A stretch of 64,000 bases of DNA. Source: Candidatus Aenigmatarchaeota archaeon. Its GTDB lineage: Archaea; Aenigmatarchaeota; Aenigmatarchaeia; QMZP01; QMZT01. Shown one piece after another: positions 1-9,600 of this stretch. How positions within the stretch are numbered: position 1 is the stretch's first letter; each line of letters begins with the position of its first letter. The translations under genes were made by a program, and so were the position numbers. Location of the stretch: positions 1 to 64,000 of the forward strand of contig JBGPQP010000004.1 in NCBI GenBank assembly GCA_041489155.1. The letters run 5' to 3'. The notes under the pieces are model-generated. The model was not told the DNA's origin. It did not search any database and saw only the letters and a list, made by a program, of their open reading frames with translations.

Positions 1-1
1 C

Positions 2-112
2 ATCGTCTACGGCATCTCGATGGAAGACGGTGAATCGAAGGTCCTAGGCATAAAGCTGCCCGGCCAGAATAACGAGGACATGCTGCATCAGCTGAAAGGA
101 GAAAACAACTAA
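2..112 (+). CDS. 3' end of a CDS entering from the left edge (IVYGISMEDGESKVLGIKLPGQNNEDMLHQLKGENN*), unknown product
   Basis: Open frame from position 2 to TAA at 110-112 with host-like codon usage. Confidence 0.5.
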   Translation: MVYGISMEDGESKVLGIKLPGQNNEDMLHQLKGENN

Positions 113-480
113 AAATCCAAGACGTCCCCGGTGCTTGTTTTCGTTTCGCTTGTTTTACCTGCGTTCACTTCGAGGACCCATCTGCATTTTTCCTTCGGCA
201 GGTAAATCTTCCACGTTCCCGGATTTCTCGAAAGCGGCCTGACGTTTTGCTTCACGTCAACGACCTTTTTGCCAGCGCTTATGAAAACCAGGTCGAGCGG
301 GAAGCGCATGAAGGGCATCCAGATGCTAGGCTTCGTCTCGCCCGAGAATTCCATGAGCAGGCCTTCGCCTTCCTTCAGCGAGGCGCGGAACATCAGGCCT
401 TTCGTTTTCGACAAGGGCGTTTTAGCGACTTCCACGTATTCAGCGAGAACGGTTTTTCTTGTCGCATTGAGGATTTTCAT
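109..480 (-). CDS. DUF192 family protein
   Basis: GLMFR, GLL, IWMPFMRFPLDLVFI and VLEVNAG motifs. Confidence 0.85.
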   Translation of the reverse strand: MKILNATRKTVLAEYVEVAKTPLSKTKGLMFRASLKEGEGLLMEFSGETKPSIWMPFMRFPLDLVFISAGKKVVDVKQNVRPLSRNPGTWKIYLPKEKCRWVLEVNAGKTSETKTSTGDVLDF

Positions 481-510
481 GTGTATAATTTCCGCGTCAA
501 ATCAATATAT

Positions 511-1047
511 ATGAAAAAACAATTAGAAATTATGAAAGGGGCAAAATGCTATGAAAGATATCCGTACTGGGCGATACTCCTTTCAAACCTCGTCTCAATC
601 GCGATTTACCTCGCGGGAGCGTTCATAATATACCAGTTCGGCCTCGTCTGGGCGGCGCTGTATCTGCTTTACGTCCTGTATCTGGAGATAAGGCTGATAA
701 AGTGGCATTGTGTTGACTGCTATTATTATGGCAGGACATGCGCCTTCGGCAAGGGAAAACTTAGCTCCCTGTTTTTCAGGAAAGGCAATCCCGATAACTT
801 CGCCAAAAAGCAAGCGACCTGGAAGGACATAATCCCGGACTTTATGGTTACGGTGATTCCCATGGCAGCCGGTGCAATAATCCTTATAGGCAGCTTCGAC
901 TGGATTATTCTTTCAGCGGTAATCTTGCTGTTCATCCTTGGTTTCATCGGCAACGGCCTTATAAGAAGCAGGGTGGCATGCAAGTATTGCAAGCAACGGG
1001 AACTCGGCTGCCCTGCGGAAAAATTATTCGACAGGAAGAAAAAATAA
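511..1047 (+). CDS. Four-TM membrane protein with Cys clusters, unknown function
   Basis: Hydrophobic segments plus CVDCYYYGRTC and CKYCKQRELGCP; start taken at ATG 511. Confidence 0.7.
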   Translation: MKKQLEIMKGAKCYERYPYWAILLSNLVSIAIYLAGAFIIYQFGLVWAALYLLYVLYLEIRLIKWHCVDCYYYGRTCAFGKGKLSSLFFRKGNPDNFAKKQATWKDIIPDFMVTVIPMAAGAIILIGSFDWIILSAVILLFILGFIGNGLIRSRVACKYCKQRELGCPAEKLFDRKKK

Positions 1048-1069
1048 GTTTTGAAGTCGTACCTGTTTA

Positions 1070-1552
1070 TTATTTATTTTTGTGGGGGACGGTCTCTATG
1101 CCGACTTCTCTGAGGATTTTTATGCCTTCGTTGTCAGGGTAAATCTCGACGTAGACGACCCTCTTTATCCCTGCGTTGACGATCATCTTGGCGCATATCT
1201 TGCAGGGCTTCGCGTTGACGTAAAGCGTCGCGCCGTCCATCCTCAGCGGGTCGCCTCGTATTATCGCATTCTGTTCGGCATGGACGCCGCGGCAGATCTC
1301 ATGCATCGTCCCTGACGGGATTTTCAATTCGTCCCGCAGGCATCCGATCTCTATGCAGTGCGGCAATCCCCTCGGCGAGCCGTTGAAGCCTGTTGAAACT
1401 ATGATGTTTTCCTTGACAACAACAGCACCGATATTCCTTCTCAGGCACGTCGAGCGCTTGCCAACCTGCTCGACGATGTTCATCCAGTACTCGTCCCAGC
1501 TCGGGCGGTTGTTTTTGGGATGCGCGTGCTTTCTGGATTTTTTCGGCTTCAT
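1070..1552 (-). CDS. dCMP deaminase (ComEB-like zinc deaminase)
   Basis: RPSWDEY, RSTCLRR, GFNG, HAEQNA and PCKIC motifs; start at ATG 1552. Confidence 0.9.
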   Translation of the reverse strand: MKPKKSRKHAHPKNNRPSWDEYWMNIVEQVGKRSTCLRRNIGAVVVKENIIVSTGFNGSPRGLPHCIEIGCLRDELKIPSGTMHEICRGVHAEQNAIIRGDPLRMDGATLYVNAKPCKICAKMIVNAGIKRVVYVEIYPDNEGIKILREVGIETVPHKNK

Positions 1553-1656
1553 AGAATCATCAAAACCTATTATATATATTATATTAATAAAACTATCCGC
1601 AATTCTGTCTGCCGGATGAAAAGTTTTTATATAGGAATTTAGCATAGATAGATTGT

Positions 1657-2724
1657 ATGGCCGGGGAACTCATACCAATCGATGAACTTTTGCAAAACGA
1701 GTATTTCATAGCCTTTATGATCTTCGTAGGGTCGGTCATTATTGCCCTGATCGTGAATTTCATACTCAAGACATACGTAAAGAAACTGACCCAGAAAACG
1801 CAGAGCGATTTTGACGATCTCTTATTGAAGGCCTTCACAAAACCGTTTTCCATACTTATAATTTTCGTCGGTCTTTACCTCGCATTCAAGAGAATATCGA
1901 TGCTAGACCCGCACGCAGTTTTTGTTGACAACGGCTTCCTGGTGCTTTGCACGTTCACTGTCGCTTACATAGTCTCGCGGGTTTTCAACGTGCTGATAGC
2001 GCACTGGCTGCACGTGCAGAAGAAGTACGAGCAGACGCCCAAGCTCATAAGCAAGATAGTCGCCGTCGTGTTTTACCTCATAGCCGGCATGGTCATACTG
2101 GCTTACTTCAAGGTAGAGGTGACGCCTTTAATTGCGACGCTCGGCCTTGGCGGCCTTGCGGTCGGCCTCGCGCTGCAGGATACGCTGTCCAACTTCTTTG
2201 CCGGGCTGCACATCATCACCGACAAGCCCATAAGCGTGGGCGACTTCATCGAACTGGAAAACGGCGCGATAATGGGCACGGTCGAGGACATAAGCTGGCG
2301 CTCGACGAGAATAAAAACCGCCGCCAACACGATAGTCATAGTGCCTAACGCCAAGCTCGCGGGCAGCACGATAGTCAACGACTCCCTGCCAGATCAGGAG
2401 ACGGAGATAGTCGTCCAGTGCGGCGTCGGTTACGGCGAAGACCTGAAGAAGGTCGAGAAGGTCACGCTCGACGTGGCGAAGAAGATACAGGAAACCGTCC
2501 CCGGCGCTGTCAAAGGCTTCGAGCCTACCATGAGATACCACACCTTTGCAGACTCCAACATCAATTTCTCCGTTAGTCTCAGATTACAGAACATAAAGGA
2601 ACGTTTCAATGTGAGGCACGAGTTCATAAAGGCCCTGAAAGAGCGCTACGACAGGGAAAGGATAGATATCTCGTTCCCGGTCAGAAAGATATATTACGGC
2701 GAAAGGCACAGGAAGAAAAAATAA
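1657..2724 (+). CDS. mscS: Small-conductance mechanosensitive channel
   Basis: LGLGGLAVGLALQDTLSNFFAG, GTVEDISWRSTRIKT, C-terminal ISFP. Confidence 0.93.
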   Translation: MAGELIPIDELLQNEYFIAFMIFVGSVIIALIVNFILKTYVKKLTQKTQSDFDDLLLKAFTKPFSILIIFVGLYLAFKRISMLDPHAVFVDNGFLVLCTFTVAYIVSRVFNVLIAHWLHVQKKYEQTPKLISKIVAVVFYLIAGMVILAYFKVEVTPLIATLGLGGLAVGLALQDTLSNFFAGLHIITDKPISVGDFIELENGAIMGTVEDISWRSTRIKTAANTIVIVPNAKLAGSTIVNDSLPDQETEIVVQCGVGYGEDLKKVEKVTLDVAKKIQETVPGAVKGFEPTMRYHTFADSNINFSVSLRLQNIKERFNVRHEFIKALKERYDRERIDISFPVRKIYYGERHRKKK

Positions 2725-2770
2725 AAACTTATTTCAATCTGTTTTTAAAATTTGCGGAGAAGTAAATAAA

Positions 2771-3124
2771 ATGGCAGCAGATAAGATAACCTATTACGAA
2801 ATGGTAAGAGAAATAAATGGGTCACCTGAGTGGGAAATATTCATGCATGTAGTTAGTGATGCTAGGAGACTACTAGATATTATTAGACCCGACGAAGTTT
2901 TTGTACAGCCAGTTGGAGATATTCTTGCAAAAGCTCGTTTAACGAAGGTAGATGATGAAGTTCCTTCTTATACTGATGTTATAAAAGAACTTAGAGGATA
3001 TGTACAGGCAGGCCATTCACCAGAATATATTGGCGGTATTTTACAGGAGTTAGAGGAAGGGCATCTTGCGTTAGAAAGAATGATGCCAAAAAATCACAAG
3101 AATATACCTAGAATAATAATATAA
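2771..3124 (+). CDS. Hypothetical protein (AT-rich ORFan)
   Basis: 117-aa ORF with upstream GGAGA; T/A-ending codons unlike its neighbours. Confidence 0.6.
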   Translation: MAADKITYYEMVREINGSPEWEIFMHVVSDARRLLDIIRPDEVFVQPVGDILAKARLTKVDDEVPSYTDVIKELRGYVQAGHSPEYIGGILQELEEGHLALERMMPKNHKNIPRIII

Positions 3125-3178
3125 TGAAAATATTTTTGTTAACAAGCGATTTTAGATTTTCCCTGCTTGAACAATGCA

Positions 3179-5371
3179 CTAAAAATCAATCGTCTTCTGC
3201 TCGTCCTTCATCTCGTTCAGCTGGTTCTTGATGTCCTTCGCTATCGTTGGGCCGATGATGCGCGACAGGCTTTCCATCGGGACTTTGCGCAGGTCGGCGA
3301 GCGTGCGAAGATTCGAAGTGAAAAGCAGCCTTGCTCTCACGCGGCCTATGCCCTTCAAGCGGACGAGGGTCAGCAGCTCTTCTCGAATGCCGTATTTCAC
3401 GCGGATGCGCGTCTTCCTTATGTGCTTAAGCAGATCCTTGTGGCCGGTGAGAAGAGCGAGTTCCTGCGTCGAGTAAAGCAGCCAGTCCGCGTTGGATAAG
3501 CGGACATGCAGCTCGCCTGGCGCGACGCCGAAGCTTTCGAGAATCCTGTCCTCGCCCAGCTCGTCCATCCACTCGGAGAAAAACCAGGCCGTCTTCAGCG
3601 AGCGGAGGTAATCGTCGTATTCCATGTCCCACGGGTTCGGCGGCTTCTCAAGCAGAATGTTTTCGCCGCCCGTCATGAACTCGTTTATCTTTTCCATGTC
3701 GTTCTTCCTCAGCGAAAGCGAGGGCCGCATCTCTATCGTTCTCGAGAGCAGCTGCATAAGCGCAAAGGAATGGATGTAGTCCTTCGCCTTCGCGATGTTC
3801 TTTATCAGAAAATCCGCGGTCAGCGGGTCGATGTAGAGCTCGGAAACGCGTTTGCCTATAAGCGTCGCCTCCAGTTTTTCATCTCCCTTTGCAATGTCGC
3901 TCGCGCGGCGGAAGGGATTTTCCTTCGCCATCATCTCGCCTTTAACGAAGCCGAAGCCCTTGAGCATCTCTATGACGTCCTCGAGCTTCGCGTTCAGTTG
4001 CGAAAGGTCGGCGTACTGATGCGCGTAAAACGTTTTTGAGAAGAACTCGAAAAGCCGCTGCTTCGAATGGGCGAGGCCTGACGCGATCAGCGCCAGCGAA
4101 TGCATGCGCAGCACAGGCTCGACGCCGAGCTTCGACTGTATCTCTTCCGGCTCGCCCATGATGTAGTTGTCGTAAACATATTCAGCTTCACCCTCGCTCT
4201 TCGCTATGAGAATCGCCTCTCCCTCGCTGTCGTATTTCGGACGGCCGGCGCGGCCCATCATCTGCTGTATTTCAAGGACCGGGATATAGTCGCTGCCGTA
4301 CCCGGATGAGAAGCGCTTCAGATCGCGGATGACGACGCGATACGCCGGCAGGTTGACGCCCCACGCGAGCGTAGGCGTAGCAGTTATGAATTTTATGAGG
4401 CCTTCCTTGAAGCCGTCTTCGATTATCTTCCTCTGGTCGTTCGTAAGACCGGCGTGATGGAATGCGACGCCGTTTAGGATCTGGTTGGAAAGCTTCTCGC
4501 ACTGTAACGTCGGCCTTTCCACCGCCCTGAGAACGGAGTCTGAAATTTTCCTGAGCTTCGCCCTTTCGTCAGCGCCAAGATTTTGAGAGATGACCTTGCC
4601 CAGATTCCCTGAAAGCGCCTCGGTGCTGTTCCTAGTGGAAACGAAAATCAGCGCTTGCTTCCTTCGCTTAAGCGTGTCTCTCGCGATTTCGATGTCGGGC
4701 GTATGCTCGTCGCCTATCGCTTCAGATGCCTTTTTTGGATGATAATGAATCTTCCTGTCGACGCAGACGCCCTTGTAAAGCTTCACCGGCCTGTAATCCG
4801 AAGCGACGGCCTCGGCTCCCAGCCACTCTGCGATTTCCTTGTGGTTTTTTATCGTCGCGGAGAGCGCGAGGAGCTGGGGCTTTGCGAGCTGGCGCAGCTT
4901 TGTAATCGTGATCTCGAGTGTCGGCCCCCTTTCCGGGTCGTTTAGCAGGTGGATTTCATCGATGACCAGCAGGCCGATCTGCCCGACCCACGGGATTCCA
5001 TGCCGAAGCAGCGAGTCGAATTTCTCCGAGGTGACGATTATCAGGTCCGCGCGCGAAAGCCAGGGGTCGCTCGAGTCCAGATCGCCCATGCTCAGGGCGA
5101 TGCGGAAGCCGAGCGGCTCGTATTTCTCCTTGAACTCATGGTACTTCTCGCTCGCCAGCGCCCGCAGCGGGACGATGTAAACGACCTTCATCCCTTTTCT
5201 CAGCGTGTTAAGCGCAGCGAACTCAGCGACGAGCGTCTTGCCGCTCGCCGTCGGAGCTGCAACTACCAGGCTTTTGCCGTCTAGGATGCCTGCCCTGAGC
5301 GAGGCTTCCTGCACGGGGTTCAGCGCTGGAATGCCTGATTTCTCGAGAACTTGTTTCACCACCGGATTCAT
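3179..5371 (-). CDS. hel308: Ski2-like ATP-dependent DNA helicase Hel308
   Basis: APTASGKT, DEIH, LSAT, FHHAGL, QMMGRAGRP and C-terminal HhH (KGIGRVRAR). Confidence 0.93.
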   Translation of the reverse strand: MNPVVKQVLEKSGIPALNPVQEASLRAGILDGKSLVVAAPTASGKTLVAEFAALNTLRKGMKVVYIVPLRALASEKYHEFKEKYEPLGFRIALSMGDLDSSDPWLSRADLIIVTSEKFDSLLRHGIPWVGQIGLLVIDEIHLLNDPERGPTLEITITKLRQLAKPQLLALSATIKNHKEIAEWLGAEAVASDYRPVKLYKGVCVDRKIHYHPKKASEAIGDEHTPDIEIARDTLKRRKQALIFVSTRNSTEALSGNLGKVISQNLGADERAKLRKISDSVLRAVERPTLQCEKLSNQILNGVAFHHAGLTNDQRKIIEDGFKEGLIKFITATPTLAWGVNLPAYRVVIRDLKRFSSGYGSDYIPVLEIQQMMGRAGRPKYDSEGEAILIAKSEGEAEYVYDNYIMGEPEEIQSKLGVEPVLRMHSLALIASGLAHSKQRLFEFFSKTFYAHQYADLSQLNAKLEDVIEMLKGFGFVKGEMMAKENPFRRASDIAKGDEKLEATLIGKRVSELYIDPLTADFLIKNIAKAKDYIHSFALMQLLSRTIEMRPSLSLRKNDMEKINEFMTGGENILLEKPPNPWDMEYDDYLRSLKTAWFFSEWMDELGEDRILESFGVAPGELHVRLSNADWLLYSTQELALLTGHKDLLKHIRKTRIRVKYGIREELLTLVRLKGIGRVRARLLFTSNLRTLADLRKVPMESLSRIIGPTIAKDIKNQLNEMKDEQKTIDF

Positions 5372-5448
5372 AGATATAAAATAAGCAGTTAACATTAAAT
5401 ATGGTTTCGAATGTCTGAAAAAGACAATCGGAATGACTGAGTGATATT

Positions 5449-5724
5449 ATGATGGCGCGCATACATCTGCTGATTTCGGGCGAGGTGCAGGGAGTCTTTT
5501 TCCGTGCGGCCACGAGGCGCGCAGCGGCTGAAATAGGCGTGACGGGGTGGGTACGAAATCTGCCAGATGACATGGTTGAGGTCGTCGCCGAGGGCAGGAA
5601 GCCGCAGCTGGACCGCCTCATCGACTTCTGCAGGAAAGGGCCGGAAGGGGCAAAGGTCGATGAAATCTCGATAGAATGGGGAAAACCAAAGAACGAGTTC
5701 ACGAATTTCTCGGTTCATTCCTGA
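5449..5724 (+). CDS. acyP: Acylphosphatase
   Basis: GEVQGVFFR and GWVRNLPD motifs. Confidence 0.93.
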   Translation: MMARIHLLISGEVQGVFFRAATRRAAAEIGVTGWVRNLPDDMVEVVAEGRKPQLDRLIDFCRKGPEGAKVDEISIEWGKPKNEFTNFSVHS

Positions 5725-5744
5725 TGCCGTACCGGGTTTGTTTT

Positions 5745-6152
5745 TTATTGCAATGATGACTTCCTGTGGTTCCTGTTCTGGGCTTTGTCTCCCTTTATGC
5801 GGGCTTGAATGTACATATCGTTAAGCGCTTCCTTTGCAGCACCATGATCTTCGACACCCAGCAAAGCCCCGATACCAGGATAATGTTCCAAGAGTATGGC
5901 ATAAGGAAACAGGATGTTTCCTCTTTTCATTGACTCAAGTGCGTAGCCTATTTGCAAAAATTTAGCGTCATCTCCGTCTATTTTTCTCAATCTTAACAAA
6001 AAGGCATCATGAGTGTCTGTGGCCTTTTTTCTGGCTATTGAAGTTCCTTCCTGATAAAAGGGATTGCCGAAGAGCCTTACCAGGCTTTCTGCATAAGCAC
6101 GTATGTCTGTCGTTTTTGCAGATGCGCCACCGTCTGATGCTTGATAAGCCAT
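5745..6152 (-). CDS. Hypothetical protein (AT-rich ORFan)
   Basis: ORF from ATG 6152 (MAYQASDGG...); no recognisable motif. Confidence 0.55.
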   Translation of the reverse strand: MAYQASDGGASAKTTDIRAYAESLVRLFGNPFYQEGTSIARKKATDTHDAFLLRLRKIDGDDAKFLQIGYALESMKRGNILFPYAILLEHYPGIGALLGVEDHGAAKEALNDMYIQARIKGDKAQNRNHRKSSLQ

Positions 6153-6225
6153 GTTGTCCACTTTCAATGCCATTAAAAAAAGCGAAAAAAATATTTTGTT
6201 TCGAACGTATTTAAAACTTATGTGT

Positions 6226-8202
6226 TCAGAAGCGGAAAATGTTGTCCAGAATGACTTCTCCTGTGCCAAGAGGGACAAATTTCTGGATTTCAGAGGCTGG
6301 GAGCGCTTCAATGAATGGCCTGTCACCCTCTTTCGCTGCCTTGGCGAGCATGCTTTTTATCATCCTGGCGACCTCTGACGAACTCTTTTCTCCAGGTTTG
6401 ACGATAATGGAATAATCCGCATTCGCCTTCACCGAGGACACGGGGCCGGCGAGCGCCGCTACAGTCTTGTTCTGCCTGTCTATTTTCACGCCTATCGCGA
6501 TTTTCAGCTCGCTGTTCCTGAACCATTCCCTCTCGCCGTAAACCATGAAAGCGCCTTTCGCAAGGTACTCGCCAGGCCTCGGTTGCTTAGAGACCTGCTC
6601 CGACTTTATGCAGTAGACATCCACCGTTCCCAGGCTTGACCTCCAGGCGCTGGAGTACGTGCCGGCGAATTCTGCAGCCTCCTTCTTCGTCGTAGGGGGG
6701 ATGTCCCTGCCCTGCGCCTTTATCACAACGAAGGGCGAGCCGTAGATGTCGGCGTGGAAAACCAAGTCTTTCGCTTCGGCGTATTTCTTTATCAGGACCT
6801 CGTTCGAAGTCGCATCCTTGCCTCCGACTACAAGGAAGCCGTCGCTCGAGGTGAACCACCTGAATTTCTCGAACCACTTCTTCTCCTTCTTCTCGATTTT
6901 AACAAACTTTTCTATCTTTTGGGTTTCTTTCGGCTTCTCCTCCAGCTTTTTTCTTGTTTTCTCAAGCGCCTCATGCACGCCTGCGATTTTCCTCTTGGCT
7001 AGTTTGGATTTCTCGTAGTATTCGGCGGCATTCTCGACGATGGATTTGCGGAAGTCGAGCTCTATGGGCTGGCCTTCCAGCTCAAGCGTAAGCTTCCCTT
7101 CCCTTTCGTTTATTGCCTTCACCACCCTTGCTTCGGGAAGCTCCTTCATTGCGGCTTTTATGGCGCTCCATTTCATGCCCGCTGTCTTCATCCTGTTCAC
7201 AGCGTCGAGGACTTTTTCGACCCTCTCATAATGCGTGTAGATGAGATCGGCCTGCGACTTTTTTTCTACGCGCTTCTTTGACCATTTTTGCAGGGATGAT
7301 TCCTGATCCTTGATTATCCGCTCGAACTTGTCCCTGTGCTTCTTGTGAACGCCTCCTTCAAAATCCTCGGCCATCCTTACCTGCTGCTCGGAGAAGAACT
7401 CGTCAAGCGCCTCGGAGAAATTTTCCAGCTGCCTCTTCTTCTCCCCGGCCTCTGGATTCTGGAGCGGGAAGGGGGAAATCAAGTTTTCGTAAAGCGTAGG
7501 CTCGAAAGAGAAGGTGTCGATATCCCTTATCTTGTTGAAAAGCTGCACCGCCAGAGCGGAGCTGAGCCTTTCGGAAGGGATGGTTTCATCTATCATAGAG
7601 CGCACGCATACCTCCTTCGCGTACGCCGGGCCGAAGCCGAAGCCTGCCGCGAGGACTGCGATTATCTTCTTTTCCGACCGCGCAATGAACTCCCTGAAAT
7701 ACTCGAAGCTGACAGAGAACGGGTTTATGCGTGGAGGCGGGTAAACGTAAGGGATTTTCGGCTTCACCTCGCGGTCCTTCCATTCCTGCGAGTACAGGGG
7801 CATGACTATCTTTTTCCTGCTGTCGCAGAGGATGACGTTGCCGTCTGAAAAAAGCTCGATTATAAGGACGTGCTTCTCCGCGGAAATCTCGATTATCCTG
7901 TCGAACTCGTGCTGGCGGATTTCAAGGATTTTCGAGCCCTCAAGATGCTTCCTCAGCAGCATGCAGAAATCGGGCGGCTTCATGGGAGATGGCTTCTTGT
8001 ATTTGGTGATGAATAATTTGTTCTTGTCGCAGAAAAGCCAGAAGTTCCCCTTGTTCGGGATGAAGATCTCGAAAAGGAACTGGTGAGTCTTCTCGCCGGC
8101 TTCGTACTGGTAGATTTTCCTGAAATAACCCCCTACCAGCATCTTGTTGAGCTCCTTCACAAGAAACCTGTAATCGAGGGAGGACATCTCGTAGCTTTCC
8201 AT
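6226..8202 (-). CDS. rqcH: NFACT/Rqc2 family ribosome quality-control protein (archaeal RqcH)
   Basis: FCMLLRKHL, FDRI, ELFSDGN, WFEKFRWF, GGKDATSNE, FHADIYGSP and GAFMVYG motifs. Confidence 0.92.
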   Translation of the reverse strand: MESYEMSSLDYRFLVKELNKMLVGGYFRKIYQYEAGEKTHQFLFEIFIPNKGNFWLFCDKNKLFITKYKKPSPMKPPDFCMLLRKHLEGSKILEIRQHEFDRIIEISAEKHVLIIELFSDGNVILCDSRKKIVMPLYSQEWKDREVKPKIPYVYPPPRINPFSVSFEYFREFIARSEKKIIAVLAAGFGFGPAYAKEVCVRSMIDETIPSERLSSALAVQLFNKIRDIDTFSFEPTLYENLISPFPLQNPEAGEKKRQLENFSEALDEFFSEQQVRMAEDFEGGVHKKHRDKFERIIKDQESSLQKWSKKRVEKKSQADLIYTHYERVEKVLDAVNRMKTAGMKWSAIKAAMKELPEARVVKAINEREGKLTLELEGQPIELDFRKSIVENAAEYYEKSKLAKRKIAGVHEALEKTRKKLEEKPKETQKIEKFVKIEKKEKKWFEKFRWFTSSDGFLVVGGKDATSNEVLIKKYAEAKDLVFHADIYGSPFVVIKAQGRDIPPTTKKEAAEFAGTYSSAWRSSLGTVDVYCIKSEQVSKQPRPGEYLAKGAFMVYGEREWFRNSELKIAIGVKIDRQNKTVAALAGPVSSVKANADYSIIVKPGEKSSSEVARMIKSMLAKAAKEGDRPFIEALPASEIQKFVPLGTGEVILDNIFRF

Positions 8203-8223
8203 GATTAATAATTAGCGGAACTC

Positions 8224-9435
8224 TTATTTAGTTTGTTTTGCCACGCCAAGCACGAAGGGAATCAGTTCGTTGCCTTTTAAGAAGAAGCCCTTTTCGCACG
8301 CCTTCTCGTCGAATTTTTTCACCGAGTCTGCTTTTATGCCTGTGCCGGATATCAGGACGGGGACGGGGTCGCAGGTATGGCGGTAGAACTTGTAGGCCGG
8401 GTCGCTCGCAGTCCTGTGGTCGGAGGTTATGACAATCGCAGTGTTCTTCATATCCATTCCTTTAAGCAACTCGCCAAGATTTTTGTCGATTTTCTCTATG
8501 AACCTAGCCTTCTCCGCGCGCTTCGCGTCATGGGAGAGTATGTCAGTTCCGTTTATGTGGAGCATCACGAAGTCATATTTTTTCAGCGCCTCCTTCGCCT
8601 TTTCGAACTTGCCCTTAAGGTTCGTGTCAGGATAGCCATTCGCCCCGTGCACCAAGAGTATGTCCATGCCCAAGAAGGAGGCGACACCCCTTGCTATAGG
8701 TATCCCGCAGATGCAGCAGGCTTTCATGCCGTATTTTTCCTGAAAGGTTTCGCTTTCCATCTTGCTTGAGAAGCCGCGCATGAGGATGACGTTGGCCGGG
8801 CATTTTCTTTTTTTGTTTATCTCGTCAGCTGAAAGTATTTTGTTTGTCCTCGTGACAAACTTGTTCAGGATGCTCGCCGTGAATTTTGCCTCTGGTTTTT
8901 TCGCTTTGAACTGGAGGACGGGAGCGCCTTCCTTCTCCGGGTCGTTGGAGTCCATCTCCGTCGAGAGCTTCACTTTTTCGTTAAGCGGCCTGAGGACGAT
9001 AACAATCCTGTGCCCGGCGGATTTTCTGACGAAGAAATGGATGCCATCGATTTCGATGCCGTCGATGCGCGAGACCAGGTCTTCAAGGCCGCTTTCGTCG
9101 CGTCCGGCGCGCCTGTCAACCACATTGCCGTCCGCTCCAAGAGTCGCGAAATTGCCTCTGATGCACAGGTCCTTTTCCTGTATGTCATGCATGCCAAGGC
9201 CCAGCGCCTCCAGGTATCCTCTCCCGGGGTAGGTTTCTTTTTGGTAGAAGCCCAGAAGACTGATATAGCCAAAATCCGACTGGGCGGTTCCTCTCTGGCA
9301 CACGTAAAATATGTCAAGGAGCCCGCATATGCCTTTCGCCGCCAGCGCATCAATGTACGGCTTGCGGGCGGTTTCGTAAGGCGTTTTGTCCCCCACATCT
9401 CCGCCTCCGTCGAGGATTATGAACAGAATTTTCAT
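8224..9435 (-). CDS. apgM: 2,3-bisphosphoglycerate-independent phosphoglycerate mutase (archaeal type)
   Basis: ILDG, GRGYLEALG, RGNFAT, DRRAGR, SHD, TSDH and HT.DPVP motifs. Confidence 0.9.
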   Translation of the reverse strand: MKILFIILDGGGDVGDKTPYETARKPYIDALAAKGICGLLDIFYVCQRGTAQSDFGYISLLGFYQKETYPGRGYLEALGLGMHDIQEKDLCIRGNFATLGADGNVVDRRAGRDESGLEDLVSRIDGIEIDGIHFFVRKSAGHRIVIVLRPLNEKVKLSTEMDSNDPEKEGAPVLQFKAKKPEAKFTASILNKFVTRTNKILSADEINKKRKCPANVILMRGFSSKMESETFQEKYGMKACCICGIPIARGVASFLGMDILLVHGANGYPDTNLKGKFEKAKEALKKYDFVMLHINGTDILSHDAKRAEKARFIEKIDKNLGELLKGMDMKNTAIVITSDHRTASDPAYKFYRHTCDPVPVLISGTGIKADSVKKFDEKACEKGFFLKGNELIPFVLGVAKQTK

Positions 9436-9600
9436 GGTTATAATTTATACAAAAGTACAATAAAAGCTTGCCCTGCCCGGACCCACCCCCCTTCCTGGAA
9501 CATTAACCGTTTGTTAAAACGCTCCAAAAAATCTTCTAAATTTTATACTAATGTACTATGTGATATAACAACAATTATCAGAGCATAAACATTTCTCTGA

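Noticed and set aside
1070..1552. The zinc deaminase as the tRNA A34 deaminase for tRNA-Leu(AAG)
   Set aside because: RPSWDEY, RSTCLRR, GFNG and HAEQNA fit dCMP deaminase, not TadA.
9481..9501. ORB-like GTTCCAGGAAGGGGGG suggesting a replication origin
   Set aside because: Single copy, lacks the GAAAC core, and no cdc6/orc1 gene is nearby.
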